A stretch of DNA of 44,806 nt from Candidatus Woesearchaeota archaeon (GTDB lineage: Archaea > Nanobdellota > Nanobdellia > Woesearchaeales > ARS49), in assembly GCA_019323135.1 (NCBI GenBank), contig JAHWHT010000001.1, forward strand, positions 1-44,806. Reading direction: 5' to 3'. The position numbers were made by a program, and so were the translations under genes. Shown here piece after piece: positions 26,846-34,606 of the stretch (positions within the stretch are counted from its first letter, which is position 1; every line of letters begins with the position of its first letter). Below the pieces are notes generated by a model, which worked only from the letters and a program-made list of their open reading frames with translations, was not told the DNA's origin and searched no databases.

Positions 26846-27596
26846 CCTTTGAGATGTAGAAATCAGTTTTGTCTTCTATTTCTTTTTTTGCATCGGGACT
26901 TAACTTATCCTTTTTTGCAATTGTATTTAGTATATTCATTCTATTCAAGTCTAGAGTACCATATAAACGCATGGATTCGTCACAAAGATTTCTAATTACC
27001 GTATACCACAATTTATCTATTTTTCCAGCTATGTATCCATTTCTTTCGTGCAAAATATGGGGCTTACAAAGAAGTTTGTCTCTGTGAATCCCTATAAAAT
27101 ATCTATCATTATTAATGAAAGAAATTGGAACTATTGTTCTTACGCCAGATAATTCATTAAGTTGTATGTTCTTAATCCTATAATCATAAGTATTTCCTTC
27201 AAATCCTTTTAATTTATAAATTGCGTCTTTGGGAGTCTTACGATACACCCGCATATCTGCGACAAAACACTTACTGATTATATCGAAAGCATCACCAGTT
27301 ATAACATGAATGCTAATAGGAACACCATCAGATACTCTCTTAATACAATAACCTTCAAAGAAACGATTCTGAAGTGCTTCTTTTTCAGTATCATCATCAA
27401 CGATATTGTCCAGAGTTTCCTTAATATCCTCAACTACAACAACCAGATCAACGTCTGATTCTTTTGTAACATGTAAATTTGGTGCGTACGCAACTGAACC
27501 TGCTAAAATTGCACCTAAAGAGAAGTCTCTATATCTGTTTAATTCTTCTTCGGCTAAAATCAGCCTCTTTTTTGTCTCTTTAACTGGGTCTGCCAT
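26838..27596 (-). CDS. Pol-beta-superfamily nucleotidyltransferase domain protein
   Basis: GSVAYAPNLHVTKESDVDLVVVV (G-S...D-x-D). Start set at MADPVKE because tttataaatat sits about 20 nt upstream (alternative start 27650). Its 3' end overlaps the convergent gene by 8 nt. Confidence 0.6.
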   Translation of the reverse strand: MADPVKETKKRLILAEEELNRYRDFSLGAILAGSVAYAPNLHVTKESDVDLVVVVEDIKETLDNIVDDDTEKEALQNRFFEGYCIKRVSDGVPISIHVITGDAFDIISKCFVADMRVYRKTPKDAIYKLKGFEGNTYDYRIKNIQLNELSGVRTIVPISFINNDRYFIGIHRDKLLCKPHILHERNGYIAGKIDKLWYTVIRNLCDESMRLYGTLDLNRMNILNTIAKKDKLSPDAKKEIEDKTDFYISKVK

Positions 27597-27709
27597 TTTA
27601 TTAATAATAGTGTTTTTATATTTATAAAGCTTTTGGTTTGTAACCACCATTTAGTGGCAAATGCATTGAGACAATAACCTTTAAATAAACGCAACATTAG
27701 TTTATTCTC

Positions 27710-28384
27710 ATGAAACTAGGAGCATTATTCTCAGGAGGGAAAGACAGCACTTATGCTATTTACAAATCTATGAAAGAGCATGAAGTGGTTTGTTTGATAG
27801 CAATTAAATCATTGAATCCTGAATCTTATATGTTTCATGTTCCTGCTTTTGAGCATATTGAGAAACAAGCAGAGGCACTAGGAATACCATTAATTCTTGT
27901 TGAGACAAAAGGTGTAAAGGAAGAAGAACTAAAAGACCTGCAGAAAACAATTGAGCAAGCAAAAGAAAAATATGCTATTGAGGGAATTATAACGGGAGCG
28001 GTTGCGTCTACTTATCAAGCTTCAAGAGTACAGAGAATATGCAGTACTTTAGGACTATGGCAGTTCAATCCTCTTTGGCAGATAAATCAGATGGAACTCT
28101 TGAAAGATTTAATCAAAGATAAATTTGAAGTCGTAATAACAGGAATTGCAGCATATCCATTAGAAGAAACATGGCTGGGAAGAAAATTAGATGAAAATGC
28201 ATTGAAAGACATGAAAGAACTTGAAGAAAAATACAAAATCAATGTCGCGGGAGAGGGTGGAGAGTTTGAGACAATGGTTGTTAATTCTCCAATACATAAG
28301 AAAAAAATAGAGATGATTGAAACAAAAAAAGAATATGCAAACAATCAAGGAACATTAATAATCAAAAAGGTAGAACTAAAATGA
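27710..28384 (+). CDS. dph6: Diphthine-ammonia ligase (Dph6/MJ0570-family ATP pyrophosphatase)
   Basis: 224 aa. PP-loop ALFSGGKDS and GEGGEFET. Confidence 0.8.
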   Translation: MKLGALFSGGKDSTYAIYKSMKEHEVVCLIAIKSLNPESYMFHVPAFEHIEKQAEALGIPLILVETKGVKEEELKDLQKTIEQAKEKYAIEGIITGAVASTYQASRVQRICSTLGLWQFNPLWQINQMELLKDLIKDKFEVVITGIAAYPLEETWLGRKLDENALKDMKELEEKYKINVAGEGGEFETMVVNSPIHKKKIEMIETKKEYANNQGTLIIKKVELK

Positions 28385-28905
28385 TATTAGTGATTGACAC
28401 CTGCAAATACCATCTTCATTCTTCTGAATTTGTAAAGCCTATAACAGATCTTATTGATGATTTTACAATAAAGCATTTTACCAAACTGAAAAAAGAAGAT
28501 ATTGAAAAAGCAGACAAAATAATAATATCCGGAACCGCACTAAAAGACAACGAAGCAAGAAAACATCCTGAAAAATTCCAATGGATAAAAGACTTTGAAA
28601 AACCGCTTTTAGGAATCTGCATGGGAATGCAATTGATAGGACAGATACATGGCGCAGAAACGTATGAATGCCAAGAAATAGGCCCAACAGAAATAATAAT
28701 GAAAGAAAACTGTCTTGGGATAGAACAAAATAAATTTGAAGCATATAAACTCCATGATTTTGCAGTCAAGCTACCTGCAGGATTCCAAGAAATAGCAAAA
28801 AGCAACAAATGCGCACAAATAATCAAAAAAGGCAATACCGTCGGCATCTTATTCCATCCAGAAGTAATGAACAAACACATAATCGCATATTTTATAAATC
28901 AATAA
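28381..28905 (+). CDS. Class I glutamine amidotransferase (GuaA-subunit-A-like)
   Basis: 174 aa. Nucleophile elbow LGICMGMQL and the His-Glu pair in ILFHPEV. ATGA overlap with dph6. Confidence 0.75.
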   Translation: MILVIDTCKYHLHSSEFVKPITDLIDDFTIKHFTKLKKEDIEKADKIIISGTALKDNEARKHPEKFQWIKDFEKPLLGICMGMQLIGQIHGAETYECQEIGPTEIIMKENCLGIEQNKFEAYKLHDFAVKLPAGFQEIAKSNKCAQIIKKGNTVGILFHPEVMNKHIIAYFINQ

Positions 28906-28921
28906 ACAATTCCATAAAAAA

Positions 28922-29785
28922 ATGGCACGAAAGAAAAAAACAGGCATAATACATTATACTGGAACAGCAATCATATACACGAGCAAAGGAGTAATGTATT
29001 TCTTGAAAGGATTATACACTGTATTAGATGGTGTGGGATCTGCAATATTATTCACAAGCAAAAAAGTAAATGAAAAAAGAACAAAAATACAAAAAACTAA
29101 AAAAAAGACAAAAACAGCAATAAAAAAACCAAAAACAAAAGCAAAATATGCCGGACTGCAGGACGTAAAGCCAATAAAAGGAACAGCAAAAACATTTGAA
29201 AACTTTTTTCACAAATCAGAAAGCACAATCGGAATAATTCTCGGCGCAAGAGGAACAGGAAAAAGCGCAATAGGAATGAAACTATTAGAAAACATACATG
29301 CAAAAACAAAAAAACAAGTCTATGCAATCGGATTCAATGCAAAAGACATACCAAACTGGATAAATGCAGTTGAAAGCACAGAAGAAATAGAGAATGACTC
29401 AGTTGTATTGATTGACGAAAGCGGAATAAGCTTTAGCTCAAGAAAATCCATGTCAGATGCGAATCAAGTATTATCATCTTTACTTTTAGTTGCAAGACAC
29501 AAGAACTTAAGCATACTATTCATAACACAAAACAGCTCAAACCTAGAAGTCAATGTATTAAGACAAGCAGACTTCTTAGTAATGAAGCCTTCTTCTCTTA
29601 TGCAAAAAGACTTTGAAAGGAAAAAAATCAAACAAGTGTATGAATCTGTACAAAAGCATTTTGAAGAATTAAAAGAAACAACAGGACTCACATACATACA
29701 CTCCGACAAATACCAAGGATTTGCAACAAATGAACTGCCTTCATTCTGGACAACAAAAATAAGCAAAGCATTTAAAGAGAAATAA
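28922..29785 (+). CDS. Zot-like (zonular occludens toxin/phage pI-type) P-loop ATPase with N-terminal membrane segment
   Basis: 287 aa. Walker A GARGTGKS, Walker B VVLIDESG, and VARHKNLSILFITQN (RH...TQ block typical of the Zot family). Hydrophobic N-terminus followed by a Lys-rich linker. Confidence 0.55.
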   Translation: MARKKKTGIIHYTGTAIIYTSKGVMYFLKGLYTVLDGVGSAILFTSKKVNEKRTKIQKTKKKTKTAIKKPKTKAKYAGLQDVKPIKGTAKTFENFFHKSESTIGIILGARGTGKSAIGMKLLENIHAKTKKQVYAIGFNAKDIPNWINAVESTEEIENDSVVLIDESGISFSSRKSMSDANQVLSSLLLVARHKNLSILFITQNSSNLEVNVLRQADFLVMKPSSLMQKDFERKKIKQVYESVQKHFEELKETTGLTYIHSDKYQGFATNELPSFWTTKISKAFKEK

Positions 29786-29809
29786 ACTTCGCAAAAAAGA
29801 GGTGCCGCA

Positions 29810-29959
29810 GTGATAAACACAGAAGATGTCCAGAAAAACAAGAAACTTATTGATTACGAAGACTTAAGAGATATAGTGATTGCAAATGCAGTCAAGAAAA
29901 TGCGAGACAATAAAAAAATAAAAGAAAAAGAGCAGGATAGGCTCTTAGTTGAATTCTAA
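29810..29959 (+). CDS. Possible 49-aa charged protein
   Basis: GTG start 6 nt after AGAGGTG. VINTEDVQKNKKLIDYEDLRDIVIANAVKKMRDNKKIKEKEQDRLLVEF. Overlaps the convergent gene end by 15 nt. Confidence 0.25.
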   Translation: MINTEDVQKNKKLIDYEDLRDIVIANAVKKMRDNKKIKEKEQDRLLVEF

Positions 29960-30211
29960 TATTGCTGTACACTTATTCTTTTCACAAGAACAATGACCGC
30001 CGCAGTCTAGTGTTCCAGGAGCACAATTTAAAGTACATGCAACATTATTGCAATTAGGTGCCTGATCCCTTGATACGCAGCCAGTTGCGTGACAGCAAGC
30101 AGAGGGAACACAGTCCGCATCTGCATTGCAAAACCCCGATGCATAGGAGGGAGGTTTAACCACGCAACCAGTTACTGCCAGTAAAATAAAAAATAAAAAT
30201 ATTGTTTTCAT
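29945..30211 (-). CDS. Small Cys-rich lipoprotein (12 Cys after the lipobox)
   Basis: 88 aa. Lipobox VTGC, then 12 Cys in about 65 residues. 4-nt overlap with the upstream beta-propeller gene. Confidence 0.6.
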   Translation of the reverse strand: MKTIFLFFILLAVTGCVVKPPSYASGFCNADADCVPSACCHATGCVSRDQAPNCNNVACTLNCAPGTLDCGGHCSCEKNKCTAILEFN

Positions 30212-32193
30212 CTCATCATCACTACTTCATCTTCGTAGTATGGTCTGCCGTACTGATTTTCTTCGTAAGGAAGATCTAGTGCTTTCAGACGCTTTAGGCT
30301 GTCAAGATTATTCAGCTGCAGTCTCTTGTTTGAGAATGTGTACAAGATATCCTCAATGTAGAGTATCCGCTTTATTGAGCCAGAATCTCTTGAGAAATAA
30401 TGACCTGCTTTCTTGAAAACAGAATCATCGTCATAATGCGTTACCTTGCCTCGAAGATTAAAACCATCTTCTAGAGTAAGGTCATACACATAAGCGCCCT
30501 GGAAAACAAAGTCTCCCATCTGATTCTTTTCAGCACCTTCTGGAAGTTCTGCCACGATTATAGGAATCGCCAGCATATTCTTCTCCTTATCAAACAAGAA
30601 AGCCTTGTGATTTGTTGCAGCAATAGATTCTGTGCCTCTATCACCAATAACTTCCTTATACAGTTCAATAGGGTGTGCGACATCAGATACGTCAAACACT
30701 GCAAGCTTTACTCCTTGAATAGCTGTGAAGTAAACAGCGTTTTCTGTGTGAATCTTGTCTGCATCAATACTTGCATCAACTTCTTTACCAATACCAATCA
30801 CATGATTCTCGTCATATGGATGAAGGTATTCAGAGTAACCTGGAATTTTCAGCTTACCAAGAATCTCTGGTTCTCTTGGATTAGACAAGTCAACAACAAA
30901 CAGAGGATCAACATGCCTAAACGTAATTAAATATGCTCTGTCTCCCATAAATCTTACTGCGTAGATTGACTCGCCTGGAGCAATCTTTTCAATTTTGCCA
31001 ATTGTCTCTAAATCAGAATCTAAAACATAAATATTGTTTGTTGAGGTATCCTTGTTATTTGCATAGCCCTCTATGGTTGTAGCAATCCTGAAATTATTCT
31101 TGTGCTCGTCCATGGAGAACTGATTCAAAATCTTTCCAGGAACTTGGTCACTAGTGATAAAACGGATTTTGCCATTGTTTAGCGCAAACTTACTGATAGA
31201 GGTCTTTTGGTCTTTACCCCAAGTTGACTGTGCAATATACAAATTATCCTGAGATGAATAAATATTCTGTCCATTGCCTGCAATAACTTCTTTCTCAACA
31301 TCTGCATTTTCGTCTGTCATAGACATTGCAGCAACTGTGATGAAATTACTTGCGTGTAATGGTGGAATGTAACTAACATCTTCACATGCAACAATAGGTG
31401 CAAACTCTTTAGAATCCTCGCTGTATAATGGAGTTATGCATCCGCGAGGCTCTGGTCCAAAGTTAGGGTATGAATTAACCACAAAATAAACATCAGAACC
31501 AATCTTTCTAGATGAAACATAACTGCCTTCAATTTCAACAGTCCTAAGAACATCAGGATCTTTTTTGTCAGCAATAGTAAACAACTTAGCAGAAACCACG
31601 CCAACATGCCTTGGTCCTGGCCAGATATCTGGAGCAATCATCTTTGCTCCTGCTGCAGACATTGGTTCTGGATATGGTTTTATATTATCATGAGATGAAG
31701 AACCAAACATCAACAGCCTGTCTCCTTGAATGAATAATTCATTAGGATTAAAATCCTTGAATTCAGTAACAGAAATCAATTCTGCATCTTCAGCAGGGTA
31801 TGCTCTTGCAACATATAATTTATTGCCAGAGACAGCGTAGATATAATCACCATCTGTCTTGATTATGTCTGCTTCATCAACACCCTCTACCTGAATGTTT
31901 GTTTCTGAATAGTCTCTTTGAGCGCCAGAATCTGCCGTTGGTACTGCAGAGGTCTTTACCATTGCCTCAGCCACCATCATATCGCCACCAAACGTTCTCC
32001 ACATATTGCCTTGGCCGCTTTTCTGAGCCTCTTCAAAAGCATCAATTAATTTATCACAAGAATTAAACTTCTCTAACTTAGAACTGGTTGTAGGAAGAAT
32101 GTCGTCTGGCTTTACAGGCAGTTCATTACATGCTGCCAAAGCAACTAACAAAATTAACATTCCAACAATAATCATTGATTTTTTATTATTCAT
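30208..32193 (-). CDS. Secreted lipoprotein of the 'beta-propeller domain' family (PF09826-like)
   Basis: 661 aa. Lipobox LAAC. YSETNIQVEGVDEADIIKTDGDYIYAV is the characteristic N-terminal block of this family (recalled from memory, not searched). Confidence 0.65.
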   Translation of the reverse strand: MNNKKSMIIVGMLILLVALAACNELPVKPDDILPTTSSKLEKFNSCDKLIDAFEEAQKSGQGNMWRTFGGDMMVAEAMVKTSAVPTADSGAQRDYSETNIQVEGVDEADIIKTDGDYIYAVSGNKLYVARAYPAEDAELISVTEFKDFNPNELFIQGDRLLMFGSSSHDNIKPYPEPMSAAGAKMIAPDIWPGPRHVGVVSAKLFTIADKKDPDVLRTVEIEGSYVSSRKIGSDVYFVVNSYPNFGPEPRGCITPLYSEDSKEFAPIVACEDVSYIPPLHASNFITVAAMSMTDENADVEKEVIAGNGQNIYSSQDNLYIAQSTWGKDQKTSISKFALNNGKIRFITSDQVPGKILNQFSMDEHKNNFRIATTIEGYANNKDTSTNNIYVLDSDLETIGKIEKIAPGESIYAVRFMGDRAYLITFRHVDPLFVVDLSNPREPEILGKLKIPGYSEYLHPYDENHVIGIGKEVDASIDADKIHTENAVYFTAIQGVKLAVFDVSDVAHPIELYKEVIGDRGTESIAATNHKAFLFDKEKNMLAIPIIVAELPEGAEKNQMGDFVFQGAYVYDLTLEDGFNLRGKVTHYDDDSVFKKAGHYFSRDSGSIKRILYIEDILYTFSNKRLQLNNLDSLKRLKALDLPYEENQYGRPYYEDEVVMMR

Positions 32194-32250
32194 AAATATC
32201 GTCCTCCAATGCTTGATATTATGGTAGAAAGATAAGCATATATAAATACC

Positions 32251-32913
32251 TTATTTTTTCTTAAGGGATTTGCCTAACTTGCTTCTTCTATAGAAGTAGA
32301 TTGCAAGTATGAATAAGATTACTGTTAATGCTACAAGGCCAATAAAAACATAGGGAAAAGGCTTTACTACCTCTGTAACTACTGGTGCCGCTTGATTGAT
32401 TGCTTCTGGAACTGCTCTTGCAGATGTTGGAACTATTTCTGCTTGAAGTGTTGTTGCTACTGCTTCTTCTGCAGAATCCATAGCAACTTGAACAGCTGCT
32501 TCTTGTGCTGCAAATGTTTCTGGCATTTTTGCAAACATAGCACCACCTTTTGCACCCATAACAATCGGAGCGCTATAATATTTTGCTGCACTGAATGCAG
32601 TACCTACTGCAGATAAAACAAAAAATCCAAGAACAATCCATAATCGTTTTCTTTCAGGATCAAGAACACATTTTGATTTTTCTGTGAGAGAATAATAAAT
32701 CCATTTACGTCCTTCTTCATGTCTTTTGACAAGACCTGCACTTGCTAATGCACTCAAGTGCTCTTTAATCGTCGGGACAGATACACCAAGCACAGCAGAA
32801 AGTTCAGACTGAGTGTGTCTTCTCTTGTCAAGAGTCTTGAGTATCTTAACTCTTGTTCCTGTTGCTAATGCTTTGAAAGTTTCTTGATCCAAAACAATCT
32901 TAGGTTCGTCCAT
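32251..32913 (-). CDS. Membrane-tethered ArsR/SmtB-like wHTH regulator
   Basis: 220 aa. wHTH TRVKILKTLDKRRHTQSELSAVLGVSVPTIKEHLSALASAGLVKR, then two TM helices flanking an Ala/Val-rich segment. Confidence 0.7.
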   Translation of the reverse strand: MDEPKIVLDQETFKALATGTRVKILKTLDKRRHTQSELSAVLGVSVPTIKEHLSALASAGLVKRHEEGRKWIYYSLTEKSKCVLDPERKRLWIVLGFFVLSAVGTAFSAAKYYSAPIVMGAKGGAMFAKMPETFAAQEAAVQVAMDSAEEAVATTLQAEIVPTSARAVPEAINQAAPVVTEVVKPFPYVFIGLVALTVILFILAIYFYRRSKLGKSLKKK

Positions 32914-33205
32914 AATAACTAAGAAACAGTTTTTGTTTATTAAATTTAGGTTTTATTAAGGTAAAAGACTAAAAAAAGGAGCGAACTAGAGGGAAAAACC
33001 TCGTAATTGCGAGAAGAAAACTCGACTTTGGCTGGTGGGAGAACAAGGCACGCCCTCTTGTCCGTGAAAAGAATTGATTATAATTTGCATGTTCCACCCC
33101 TTTTTAAATCAATAAATAAAGGTCTAGTATTTAAACATTGTTTCTCACTCCAGACTAAAAACGAAAAGTTTTTATATGCTCATTATAAAGGAATAGAGTA
33201 AAGAG

Positions 33206-33568
33206 GTGAATATATTGGAAAACCCAAAACAAATCATCGTTGTTCTAATGGGAATCGTTCTAGTAGTAGCGATCTCTGGATTCATAATAGGCATGAACAC
33301 ACAAGCCACTGGACAATTCACTTATGCCGGCGGCAGTAATGTAGCGTATTCTGGAGGGTTTATACAGTATAGCTATCCTCAAGAACCGTGTGAATACATA
33401 CCTTGTGCAAACAACAAACAAGCAATATTTATGCAGACAATAGGCGGAACAAGCCCATGGCAAACCCAAGCACAATCAGTACTGTGCTACTGCCCAGAAA
33501 ACCCACAAAAAGTTTTCACAGTTCCAATGGTACAACAAATACCATCACAAGGAGTATATATCAAATAA
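33206..33568 (+). CDS. Small secreted/anchored Cys-motif protein, paralog 1
   Basis: 120 aa (GTG start; TTG 33215 is an alternative). N-terminal TM. C-x4-C-x26-C-x-C-P-E. Confidence 0.6.
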   Translation: MNILENPKQIIVVLMGIVLVVAISGFIIGMNTQATGQFTYAGGSNVAYSGGFIQYSYPQEPCEYIPCANNKQAIFMQTIGGTSPWQTQAQSVLCYCPENPQKVFTVPMVQQIPSQGVYIK

Positions 33569-33582
33569 AAAAGGTGAAACAA

Positions 33583-33885
33583 ATGGAAACCAAACCAATA
33601 ATGGCACTATCTGTAATCGCTCTACTTGCAATTGCAGGACTAGTCTTATTCATAAATAGCGAAACAACAGGAATGATATCTGGACAACAGACAGCATATG
33701 GCTGGGTGTATGGACAATATCCTAGATTTGACCAAAATCCATGCGAAGCAGTGCTAACATGCCCTGACGGCGGAATCGCACTACCTGTAGCAATGACAAA
33801 ATACACAAACCAAGTTTACTGCCAGTGCCCAGAACATGCAGTCCCATATTACAAAGCACCTGCTTACGTAAAAATAAAAAACTAA
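33583..33885 (+). CDS. Small secreted/anchored Cys-motif protein, paralog 2
   Basis: 100 aa from METKPIM (AAGGTGA RBS upstream); the longer track ORF overlaps paralog 1. C-x5-C-x19-C-x-C-P-E. Confidence 0.65.
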   Translation: METKPIMALSVIALLAIAGLVLFINSETTGMISGQQTAYGWVYGQYPRFDQNPCEAVLTCPDGGIALPVAMTKYTNQVYCQCPEHAVPYYKAPAYVKIKN

Positions 33886-33886
33886 A

Positions 33887-34183
33887 ATGGAGACAAAAAA
33901 CGCAACAATAATTGTTTTATTAGTTATTGCAATTTTTGCAATAATCGGCCTAGTACTGTTCTTTAAAACAAGTTCTCAAGGCGCAGTAACATATCAGCAA
34001 TTAATCCATAGAGATAACGCAGTCTATCTAGATTATTACAATGTATGCTCAAGAGGTCCTTGCGGAGATCAAGCAACACAGATTGGTCATGTCCAACCAG
34101 GAGAACCAAACTTTCTTGGCAATGCATTATGCGAATGCCCAGATGGACGCAGATTCCAGATAGACTACCATAAACCATACTAA
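33887..34183 (+). CDS. Small secreted/anchored Cys-motif protein, paralog 3
   Basis: 98 aa. METKNATIIVLLV TM. C-x4-C-x22-C-x-C-P-D. Confidence 0.65.
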   Translation: METKNATIIVLLVIAIFAIIGLVLFFKTSSQGAVTYQQLIHRDNAVYLDYYNVCSRGPCGDQATQIGHVQPGEPNFLGNALCECPDGRRFQIDYHKPY

Positions 34184-34184
34184 A

Positions 34185-34469
34185 ATGGACAAAGAACAGA
34201 AAAGACTAGCATTAATTATTCTAGATGTTGTAGCGATACTTGCAATACTCAGTGTAGTGTTGATGGATGATTTATCCAGAGGATATGAAAAAAGCGAATT
34301 TCAGAAGCTAGTTACTGGTGGAACACAGTGGTCTGAGCAAGACGTGTGCGGAGCAGTAAAATGCGCTGGAACAATAAGAGCCAGATTCATAGGCCATGAC
34401 CAGAAAGGATATACATTATGCAAATGCCCAGATGGGGCTGCTTATTCTATAAACAAACTTACTGGATAG
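34185..34469 (+). CDS. Small secreted/anchored Cys-motif protein, paralog 4
   Basis: 94 aa. N-terminal TM. C-x4-C-x18-C-x-C-P-D. Confidence 0.6.
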   Translation: MDKEQKRLALIILDVVAILAILSVVLMDDLSRGYEKSEFQKLVTGGTQWSEQDVCGAVKCAGTIRARFIGHDQKGYTLCKCPDGAAYSINKLTG

Positions 34470-34606
34470 CAGTACTGCGCTACGTTACGCTGCTAAACTC
34501 GAGTGTTATCCAGATTTATCAGACCAGACATACCAAAACGAGAACTTCGCAGGCAGTACCGCCATTGCCCGAAACTGTTTTAAAGCAGTGGTGATTCTAA
34601 AAATTC

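Noticed and set aside
25757-29959. Integrated element inserted at tRNA-Ser (tRNA-adjacent accessory genes, Zot-like ATPase)
   Set aside because: I could see no integrase, no direct repeat of the tRNA 3' end, and no compositional break. It is kept only as a hypothesis under the Zot-like finding.
33403-33582. N-terminal 60 codons of the 160-aa track ORF
   Set aside because: They overlap paralog 1 in another frame. An AAGGTGA RBS and the paralog alignment support the internal start at 33583.
34455-34560. Possible degenerate tRNA, because GTACTGCGC also occurs in the D/anticodon junction of tRNA-Met and tRNA-Ser, and CTGCG...CGCAG could be an anticodon stem
   Set aside because: No acceptor stem, D-arm or T-arm (GTTCRAAT) could be drawn. 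A shared 9-mer is within chance expectation for a window of this size.
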